Of a stretch of DNA of 64,000 nt, positions 26,891-34,293 are shown one piece after another. The first letter of the stretch is position 1; every line of letters starts with the position of its first letter. This DNA comes from Rhodothermales bacterium. GTDB lineage: Bacteria > Bacteroidota > Rhodothermia > Rhodothermales > Bin80. The notes beneath the pieces are model-generated. The model was not told where the DNA came from, did not search any database, and saw nothing but the letters and a program-made list of their open reading frames with translations. Where the stretch lies: contig JANQES010000082.1 in the NCBI GenBank assembly GCA_028278205.1, positions 3,708 through 67,707 of the forward strand, given 5' to 3'. The translations under genes and the position numbers were made by a program.

Positions 26891-28038
26891 CAGGCTGCGG
26901 CGTTGGTGGTCATGACAGGTTCAGTAGAAAAAGGAATGGTGATGCTGGCAAGCAGGCCCCCTTCGTCCGCGTTGCGAAGCGAGAAGTCGTTGTCGTCGCC
27001 GTAGAGATTTTCCAGGCGTTCGCGGATGTTAGCCAGCCCCACGCCGCCCCGGCGGCTTTTTTTGGCCGGATCCAACCCCGGCCCGTCGTCGCGCACTTGC
27101 ATGAGCAGCTTGCCGCCGTCGAGCCGCGCGCGGATCTCGATACGCCCGGCCTCAGCGTGCGGGGCAATGCCGTGATGGATGGCGTTTTCGACGAGCGGCT
27201 GGAGGATCATGTTGGGCACGTAGGCTTCCAGCACCGCCGGCTCGGCCTCGACGTGGACGCTCAGGCGTTCCTGAAAGCGGATCTTTTCAATGTCCAGATA
27301 GCGTTGTAAAAAATCTAACTCTTGCCGGAGCGGGATCTCCTGCACGCCTTTGTTTTCGAGCGCGAGGCGCAAAAAATCGCCCAGTTGCACCAGCATCTTG
27401 ATGGCCGTCCGGTTCTCGTTTTTACGCACCAGCGCCGCGATAGAGTTGAGCGTGTTAAACAAAAAATGCGGGTGAAGCTGCATCTTGAGCGCCCGCAAAT
27501 TGGCCTCGGCCAGGCGGATCTCCAGCATCGCCGCCTGCTGCTCGCGCTTGCGAAACATGCGGTAATAGTCGTAGGCGTAGTAGACCCCCAGCACGGTCCA
27601 GTAGGTCAGAATGTTGGCGTGGACGCGCGTGGTGAAGTGGACGGTATAGAGGCCCGTGCTGAGCGTGTCGTGGCCCGGCATGTCGGTGACGTAGAAAAGC
27701 AGCAGATTGACCAGCGAATGCACGAGCATCAGCAAGACCATCGCCGGCAGGTGAACGGCCATCAGCATCATCTTCCAGTTGGAACGTTCGATGCGGTAGC
27801 GCCGGGCCAGCCACAGGATGACCGGTGTCATCGCCGCCCAGATGTACCAGTTGGGCAACGTGCTGACGAAGGCGTAAGCCCACGACATCGCCTGGCCGGA
27901 GACGGTCTGGTTGAGGTAATAATAGCTGAGCGCAGCCAGCCCCGGAAACGTCCAGATCGCCACGACGATACCCCAGGACGTCCAGCGCGGCCAGCGCTGC
28001 GCCGGCTCGGGAAGTTGCAAGCTGAGTTGTTGAACCAT
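26890..28038 (-). CDS. LytS/YehU-type sensor histidine kinase (paralog of 119-1222)
   Basis: 382 aa. H-box LHPHFLFNTLNSI and motif LQPLVENAIHHG. The stop overlaps the RR start (ATGA). Confidence 0.92.
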   Translation of the reverse strand: MVQQLSLQLPEPAQRWPRWTSWGIVVAIWTFPGLAALSYYYLNQTVSGQAMSWAYAFVSTLPNWYIWAAMTPVILWLARRYRIERSNWKMMLMAVHLPAMVLLMLVHSLVNLLLFYVTDMPGHDTLSTGLYTVHFTTRVHANILTYWTVLGVYYAYDYYRMFRKREQQAAMLEIRLAEANLRALKMQLHPHFLFNTLNSIAALVRKNENRTAIKMLVQLGDFLRLALENKGVQEIPLRQELDFLQRYLDIEKIRFQERLSVHVEAEPAVLEAYVPNMILQPLVENAIHHGIAPHAEAGRIEIRARLDGGKLLMQVRDDGPGLDPAKKSRRGGVGLANIRERLENLYGDDNDFSLRNADEGGLLASITIPFSTEPVMTTNAAA

Positions 28039-28045
28039 GGTCGGG

Positions 28046-28185
28046 GAAATTTGGATTTTAGATTTTGGATTGTTCTAATCAGCACCGTCTTCATAATCGA
28101 AAAAGTCGCAGCGGTGTCTACCGTCGCGGCTTTTTCGATTATTGGATTCCGAGAAGGCAAACAATCCAAAATCTAAAATCCAAAA
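28046..28185. mobile_element. Full copy of the heptamer-TIR MITE-like element
   Basis: gaaatttggattttagattttggattg ... cgaaaaagtcgcagcggtgtctaccgtcgcggctttttcg ... caatccaaaatctaaaatccaaaat. Confidence 0.75.
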
Positions 28186-28746
28186 TTAATGGGAGGAGGC
28201 GGTGTTCATCATGCGGCGGTTCGAGAGCGCAGCGTAGGCTTCGTCGAGACCTTCGCGCATGATCCAGGCGCGGCGGTCGTGGTCGTGGGTGTGGCGCATC
28301 CGCTGGAGCGCCCGGCGGAGGGGACGCTGCGCCGAGGCCGGCAGTTCCGCCTCGAAGGCCAGCAGCGCTTTGGCCGTCACTTCATAGATAGAGGCGCAGG
28401 CGGCGGCGTTGCCCTGGTTGTAAAGCGGCGCGCCCCGGTTGATGGCCGTCCGGATCAGGTCGCGCGCCATGGCGGTGGTGGACGCGGGCATCTGCGGCAT
28501 CAACACCGTGAACGGCCCGTCGCCTTTGAGCGTCTCGGCCAGCCCGGCGGCCTTGACTGCCGCCACAAGCGTCTTAAACGATCCGGCATTCACGGCTACA
28601 TCGACGATGTCGTCGTGCGTCGCTTCCTCGGCATCGGCGGCGACGGCGGCAGTGGCGCCGAACAGCGCCAGGACGAAGAGCGCGTAGAGCAACGTGAGTA
28701 TCGCGTATTTGTTGACCCACTTGCTGGCATGTATCTGCGTTGTCAT
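28186..28746 (-). CDS. Secreted chimeric protein: half a fasciclin domain fused to an unrelated helical domain
   Basis: Residues [37 protein letters not shown] match 24243-24728. Similarity stops abruptly after GPFTV. Confidence 0.75.
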   Translation of the reverse strand: MTTQIHASKWVNKYAILTLLYALFVLALFGATAAVAADAEEATHDDIVDVAVNAGSFKTLVAAVKAAGLAETLKGDGPFTVLMPQMPASTTAMARDLIRTAINRGAPLYNQGNAAACASIYEVTAKALLAFEAELPASAQRPLRRALQRMRHTHDHDRRAWIMREGLDEAYAALSNRRMMNTASSH

Positions 28747-28904
28747 GGTTCTTTCCTCGTAAAGGGTGAGGGGTTCTGTCTCCGGCGGATCACGTCGTAT
28801 CCGCTTTCCGGCCCAAGATTACGGGGAAAAGAAAAACCGCGACACGCTTTATCGACACGCGGCGGGGTTCTGCGACAAGCGGCGAACCGGCGGGACGAGT
28901 GGCA

Positions 28905-29043
28905 TGGCAACCACAGATGAGAGCAGATGAATACAGATGGACGCGGATGAATGCAACCGCAGATAATGACCGATGAACGCGGATAGACGCAGATGAATGC
29001 AACCGCAGATGAGGGCAGATGAACGCGGATAGACGCCGATGAT
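28905..29043. repeat. Tandem array of GCAGATGRAC-type words (two ~46-nt units), inverted relative to 29206-29251
   Basis: gatgaatgcaaccgcagataatgaccgatgaacgcggatagacgca / gatgaatgcaaccgcagatgagggcagatgaacgcggatagacgcc. Confidence 0.8.
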
Positions 29044-29205
29044 TTTTTTGAGGCAAGAAGGCATCCACAATGAAAAGGTGCCCGGCACTTCCGAAGTACC
29101 AGGCACCTCTCATAACTCCAATCGCAGAAGTACGCGACACGAGCGAAGCGACTGACCGAGGTAATAAACACGGATGATCAGCATAAAACGCGGCCCTATA
29201 GCAGC

Positions 29206-29251
29206 CTTATCTGCGTTCATCCGCGCCCATCTGCTCCCATCTGCGGTTGCA
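29206..29251. repeat. Conserved 3'-flank word repeat of permease genes
   Basis: cttatctgcgttcatccgcgcccatctgctcccatctgcggttgcatt abuts the stop codon. Homologous flanks at 31719, 34243 and 38740. Confidence 0.8.
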
Positions 29252-31642
29252 TTACTCATACCGCAAACTATCCACCGGATTCGCTACCGACGCTTTGATC
29301 GACTGATAACTCACCGTTAGCCACGCGATCAGCAGCGCCGCCAGACCCGTCACGGGAAAAATCCACCAGGGTATGCCCACGCGATAGGCAAACTGTTCGA
29401 GCCAGTTGTGCATGAGCAGATACGAGGCCCCCGCCCCAACCACAAAAGCAACCCCGACGAGCACGGTGAACTCTTTCGACAACAACACGACGATGTTGGG
29501 CACCGAGGCGCCGAGCACTTTGCGCACGCCGATCTCCTTGGTCCGTTGCTGCGCCGTGAACGAAGCCAGCCCGAACAGGCCCAGGCACGCGATGAAAATC
29601 GCCAGCACGGCGAAGACGGTGAAGATTAGGCCGAGGCGTTCTTCGTTGCGGTACTGCGCGTCGAAACCCTGATCGGCGAAGTGGTAGAGGAAGGGCGAAC
29701 CCGGATAAAGTTGCGCCCACGTATCGCCGATGGCGGCGACGGTGCCGGCGAAGTTGCCGGGCTGGATGCGAATCAGGAAGTGGTCGTACCAGTTGGGATT
29801 GAAGAAGAAAATGATAGGCTCGATCTCTTCGTGCAGCGACGACATATTGAAGTCTTCGGCGATGCCCACGAGCGGGCCGGTCCTGCCGCCGAGCCGGAGC
29901 GTCTGCCCGACGCCGTCCTCGACCGTGGCGATCTGCTCCGGGTAGGTCTCCTGTAAGATCCGCGCGGCGGTGGCGTTGAGGATGAACGCGCCGGAATCCG
30001 CCGGGAAGTCGAGCGAGAAGCTGCGCCCGGCCAGCATCTCCACACCGAGCGCCTCGAAAAAGTCGTGCCCGACGGCGACGGTGCGCGTGCGCACACGGGC
30101 CTCCTCGTCGTCGGGGCGGACGCCGTCGAGGCGGGTGCTGCTGCCATTGAGCAGTTCACTCGGCAGGCCTTCCGAGGCAATCGCCACGTGGCTCACGTTG
30201 GGCTGTTGCAAGAGTTGGTCTTTGAAGGCCGCGAATTGCTCGGCCTGGCTGTCGCTTTGCGTGGGGACGACGACGACCTGCTCTTTGTCGAAGCCCAGGT
30301 TGGCCTCGCGCAGGTAGCTTAGCTGGTTGAAAACCACCATCGTCCCGACGATCAGGCAGACCGACGTGGCAAACTGGAAGACGACGAGGCCTTTGCGCAA
30401 GAACGCGCCGCGCCCGATGCTGTGCAACGTCCCTTTGAGCACTGTCACGGGCCGGAACGCCGAGAGCACCAGCGCCGGATAGCTGCCGGCCACCACGCCT
30501 ACGAGCAGCGTAATCCCAAAAAATGCCAGCAACGTAAAGCCGTCGTTGAGCACGTCGAGCGGCATGGCTTTGCCGGTGAGCGCCCGGAAGACCGGCAACG
30601 CCACCGCCGTCAACACCACCGAGAGCACCAACGCCAGCCCCGCCATCAACACCGACTCGGCCAGGAACTGCTGGATGAGTTGCCCGCGCCGCGCCCCGGC
30701 CACCTTGCGCACCCCCACCTCTTTGGCGCGCTCCGCCGACCGCGCCGTCGCCAGATTCATAAAGTTGATGCACGCCACCAGCAAAATGAACACGGCGATG
30801 ATCGAAAAGATGTAGACGTAAGCCACGTTGCTGTTGGCTTCCAACTCCATGTTGTGATGCGAGTGGAGGTGGATATCCGTCAGCGCCTGAAGCGAAAGCT
30901 CGGCGCCGTTCCAGTTGTCGCCCGCGTGGCGTTCGATGAAGGCGGGCAGCCCGGCTTCGAGCGTCTTCGGATCGTAGCCTTCGGGGAAGAGCAGGTAGGT
31001 GTAATAGCTGTTGTTGCCCCAACTCATCGAATTGCTGAAATCCATCAGGATGTCGAGCGTCGCCCACGGCACCAGGAAATCGTAGTGGAAATGCGCATTC
31101 TCCGGCATCGCCTCGACGACCCCCGCCACTTCGACTTCGAACTCGCCATCCACCACGAGCACCTTGCCCATCGGATTTTCGTCGCCGAAATACTTGCGGG
31201 CGCTCTCCGGGGTGAGCACCACCTTGCCCGGCTCGGCCAGCATCGTCTCCGGGTTGCCGAGCACGACGGGGATGGTGAAAACGTCGAAGACTTCAGGATT
31301 GGCAAAGTAGAGCCGTTCCTCAAAGAAGCTCTGATCGTCGAAGCGCACCTGCGCGCCGAAGGGTGTCAGCAGCGCCATCGTCACCTCCGGAAAGTCGGGG
31401 CCGAGGCGGTTGATGACGGGCGGATTGGTAGACGGCACGCTGAAGTTGCCCCAGTCGCTGACGATGCGATAGACGCGGTCGGCGTTTTCGTGGAAGCGGT
31501 CGTAGCTGAGTTCATCCCGCACGAAAAGCAGGATCAGCAAACAACACGTCATCCCCACCGCCAGCCCCGTCACATTGATAAACGCATACGCCGGATGCCT
31601 TTGAAGATTGCGCAGGGCGACTTTGAAGTAGTTTTTGAGCAT
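29252..31642 (-). CDS. ABC transporter permease, duplicated FtsX / MacB-like (ADOP-like), paralog 1
   Basis: 796 aa. MLKNYFKVALRNLQRHPAYAFINVTGLAVGM N-terminus, two 4-TM FtsX modules and a large periplasmic domain. Confidence 0.9.
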   Translation of the reverse strand: MLKNYFKVALRNLQRHPAYAFINVTGLAVGMTCCLLILLFVRDELSYDRFHENADRVYRIVSDWGNFSVPSTNPPVINRLGPDFPEVTMALLTPFGAQVRFDDQSFFEERLYFANPEVFDVFTIPVVLGNPETMLAEPGKVVLTPESARKYFGDENPMGKVLVVDGEFEVEVAGVVEAMPENAHFHYDFLVPWATLDILMDFSNSMSWGNNSYYTYLLFPEGYDPKTLEAGLPAFIERHAGDNWNGAELSLQALTDIHLHSHHNMELEANSNVAYVYIFSIIAVFILLVACINFMNLATARSAERAKEVGVRKVAGARRGQLIQQFLAESVLMAGLALVLSVVLTAVALPVFRALTGKAMPLDVLNDGFTLLAFFGITLLVGVVAGSYPALVLSAFRPVTVLKGTLHSIGRGAFLRKGLVVFQFATSVCLIVGTMVVFNQLSYLREANLGFDKEQVVVVPTQSDSQAEQFAAFKDQLLQQPNVSHVAIASEGLPSELLNGSSTRLDGVRPDDEEARVRTRTVAVGHDFFEALGVEMLAGRSFSLDFPADSGAFILNATAARILQETYPEQIATVEDGVGQTLRLGGRTGPLVGIAEDFNMSSLHEEIEPIIFFFNPNWYDHFLIRIQPGNFAGTVAAIGDTWAQLYPGSPFLYHFADQGFDAQYRNEERLGLIFTVFAVLAIFIACLGLFGLASFTAQQRTKEIGVRKVLGASVPNIVVLLSKEFTVLVGVAFVVGAGASYLLMHNWLEQFAYRVGIPWWIFPVTGLAALLIAWLTVSYQSIKASVANPVDSLRYE

Positions 31643-31700
31643 AATTTTTCTGGCGAAAAATTAAAGGGATGATCCCGGCTGCGCCAGGATCACGGTTGTA
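31643..31700 (-). promoter_or_regulatory. Conserved permease leader module (two hairpins abutting the start codon)
   Basis: aatttttctggcgaaaaatt aaaggga tgatcccggctgcgccaggatca. Near-identical at 34169; variant at 41182; partial copy at 46257. Confidence 0.55.
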
Positions 31701-31718
31701 GATCACCGCCACACTATT

Positions 31719-31768
31719 CCCATCCATCTGCGTCCATCCGCGCCCACCTGCCCTCATCTGCGGTTGCA
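31719..31768. repeat. Permease 3'-flank word repeat (solo arm)
   Basis: cccatccatctgcgtccatccgcgcccacctgccctcatctgcggttgca. Confidence 0.75.
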
Positions 31769-34168
31769 TTACTCATACCGCAACGATTCGACCGGATCTG
31801 CCAGCGCCGCCCGCACAGACTGATAACTCACCGTCAGGAGCGCCACCCCAAGGGCTGCCAGGCCCGCCATTAGAAATATCGGCCACGATATTTCTATACG
31901 GTACGCGAAGTCGTCGAGCCAGCTATTCATCACGAAATAGGCCAGCGGCACCGCCAGCACGAAAGCCAGGCTGACGAGCTTGACGAAGTCTTTCGAGAGC
32001 AACAACACGATGCCCGCCACCGATGCGCCGAGCACCTTTCGCACGCCGATCTCCTTGGTGCGCTGCTCGGCGGTGAAGGCCGCCAGCCCGAACAGACCCA
32101 GGCACGCGATGAAAAGCGCCAGAATCGTAAAGACCGTCACGATCTTGCTGATGCGCTGCTCGGCCCGGTATTGCCGGTCGTAGTCGTCGTCGAGGAAGAA
32201 ATATTCCAGCGGGCGGCCCGGCGAAAAGGCTTGCCAGACGCCATCGATGGCCGCCACCGTCGCAGGCACGTCGTCTGTGGCGATACGCACCGAGACGTAG
32301 CCGTACCAGCTTCGCCGAATCTGGAAGACGATAGGATCGATGCTATGTTGCAGCGATTGGAAATGGAAATCTTTGACGACGCCGACGACCTCGCGCGTGT
32401 CGGAAAACTGCCGCGTGAGTTGCTGGCCGAGCGCCTCGTCCGGCGCCTGCCAGCCGAGCGCCTTCAACGCCGCCTCGTTGATGACGAACGCGCTCGTGTC
32501 GTCGGACGGATAGTCCTCCGAAAGCGCCCTTCCCGTCGCCATTTCCAGGCCGTAGGTCTCGGCGAAATCGTAATCGACTGCCAGGATGTACATCGTCTGG
32601 CCTTCCTCGTTCATCCCCTGCTGGCGGCTGATCACATTCGTAAACTGATCGCGGCCTGGGATCGACGAAGAGAACGCCGCGCTGAGCACCGACGGCTGTT
32701 TTTTCAACTCGTCTTTGAACGCCTCATAACTCTCGATGACGGCCTCGTTGTTGCGCACGCGCAGCACGAGCACCTGCTCTTTCTCGAACCCCAGGTTCTT
32801 GTTCTGCATGAAATCCAACTGCTCAAACACGAGCAGCGAGCCAACGATGAGCGCCACCGAAATGCCGAACTGAACCACCACCAACCCTTTCCGCAAAAAG
32901 ACGCCGCTGGCCCCCGACTGCACCCGCCCTTTGAACACCTCGACAGGTTTGAACGAAGACAGCACGAACGCCGGATAGCTGCCCGCGATCAACCCCACCA
33001 ACCCGGCAAAACCCACCATCGCCAGCACCAACGGCGCCTGCCTGATGTAATGCAGCGATAGCTCTTTCGACGCCAACTGGTTGAACGACGGCAGCAGCAC
33101 TTGAATCAGCATCAGCGCCAGCACCAGCGCCAGCATGGAGAGAAACACCGACTCGCCCAGGAACTGCTTGATCATCTGCCCTTTCTGCGCGCCGAGCACT
33201 TTGCGCAAGCCCACCTCCTGCGCCCGCTGCGCCGACCGCGCCGTCGACAGATTCATAAAATTGATGCAGGCAATCAGCAGGATGAAAAACGCGATGGCCG
33301 AGAAAACGTAGACGTAGGCGGTGTGACTGTTAGGCTGAAGTTCGTATCGATAATGCGACGTCAGGTGGATGTCCGTCAGCGGTTGGAGGTAGAGAAATTG
33401 CCGGTAGCCGCTGACCGATTCCTGGTTGCCGATGTAGCGGGAAGGCAACTCGCGAAGCCCCTCCTGCAAGGTTTCGAGGGAGGCGCCCTCGGCCACGAGC
33501 AGGTAAGTGTGATAACTCAGACTCCACCAGTTCCACTCCGAACTCGGCTCTTCGGCAAAGACCTCCAACGTCGTAAACGAGCCGAGGAAATCGTACGAAA
33601 AATGTGATTGCGCCGGCGCCACCTCGACGATGCCGGTGATGGTATAATCGCGGTCTTCGATGGTCAGGATCTGCCCCATCGGATCGGCCCGCCCAAAGTA
33701 TTTCTCCGCCATCGCTTCGGTCAGCACGACGGAAAAAGGCGCCGTGAGTGCCGTCTCCGGATTGCCCCGAACGAGCTTGAACGAGAAAACGTCGAAGAAC
33801 GTCGAATCGACCCAGAAAAATTCCTCTTCGTAAAACCGCCGGTCGCCTTGCTCGACGAGGTAGGTGCGCGACGAGATCCGCGCGATGTGTTCGACCTGCG
33901 GAAAGTCCTGCACGATAGCCGGCCCCATCGGCGCCGACGCCGTCGAGGTCAACTCCGACTCGCCGCCGCTGGCATACCGCTCGACACGCAGCCGGTAGAT
34001 CTGCTCGGCCTTGTCGTGGAAGCGGTCGAACGACGTCTCATCCCACACATACAACGCAATCAACACACAACACGTCATCCCAATCGCCAACCCGAGGATG
34101 TTGATGACGGTGTACCCCGCCGACTTTTTCAAATTGCGCAGGGCGATTTTGAGGTAGTTTTTGAGCAT
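31769..34168 (-). CDS. ABC transporter permease, duplicated FtsX / MacB-like, paralog 2
   Basis: 799 aa with the same architecture and N-terminal motif (MLKNYLKIALRNLKK). Confidence 0.9.
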   Translation of the reverse strand: MLKNYLKIALRNLKKSAGYTVINILGLAIGMTCCVLIALYVWDETSFDRFHDKAEQIYRLRVERYASGGESELTSTASAPMGPAIVQDFPQVEHIARISSRTYLVEQGDRRFYEEEFFWVDSTFFDVFSFKLVRGNPETALTAPFSVVLTEAMAEKYFGRADPMGQILTIEDRDYTITGIVEVAPAQSHFSYDFLGSFTTLEVFAEEPSSEWNWWSLSYHTYLLVAEGASLETLQEGLRELPSRYIGNQESVSGYRQFLYLQPLTDIHLTSHYRYELQPNSHTAYVYVFSAIAFFILLIACINFMNLSTARSAQRAQEVGLRKVLGAQKGQMIKQFLGESVFLSMLALVLALMLIQVLLPSFNQLASKELSLHYIRQAPLVLAMVGFAGLVGLIAGSYPAFVLSSFKPVEVFKGRVQSGASGVFLRKGLVVVQFGISVALIVGSLLVFEQLDFMQNKNLGFEKEQVLVLRVRNNEAVIESYEAFKDELKKQPSVLSAAFSSSIPGRDQFTNVISRQQGMNEEGQTMYILAVDYDFAETYGLEMATGRALSEDYPSDDTSAFVINEAALKALGWQAPDEALGQQLTRQFSDTREVVGVVKDFHFQSLQHSIDPIVFQIRRSWYGYVSVRIATDDVPATVAAIDGVWQAFSPGRPLEYFFLDDDYDRQYRAEQRISKIVTVFTILALFIACLGLFGLAAFTAEQRTKEIGVRKVLGASVAGIVLLLSKDFVKLVSLAFVLAVPLAYFVMNSWLDDFAYRIEISWPIFLMAGLAALGVALLTVSYQSVRAALADPVESLRYE

Positions 34169-34226
34169 AATTTTTCTGGCGAAAAATTAAAGGGATGATC
34201 CCGACTTCGTCAGGATCATGGTTGTC
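34169..34226 (-). promoter_or_regulatory. Conserved permease leader module
   Basis: aatttttctggcgaaaaattaaagggatgatcccgacttcgtcaggatca. The stem is conserved and the loop differs from 31643. Confidence 0.55.
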
Positions 34227-34242
34227 GAACACCTTCACCTAT

Positions 34243-34293
34243 CCCCATCCATCTGCGTCCATCCGCGTCCATCTGCCCTCATCTGCGGTTGCA
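34243..34293. repeat. Permease 3'-flank word repeat (solo arm)
   Basis: ccccatccatctgcgtccatccgcgtccatctgccctcatctgcggttgca. Confidence 0.75.

Noticed and set aside
28905-29043. Tandem repeats that could be mistaken for a CRISPR array.
   Set aside because: The units are directly adjacent ~46-nt duplications made of 10-nt words with no unique spacers. They are homologous to the permease 3' flanks, and no cas genes are in the window.
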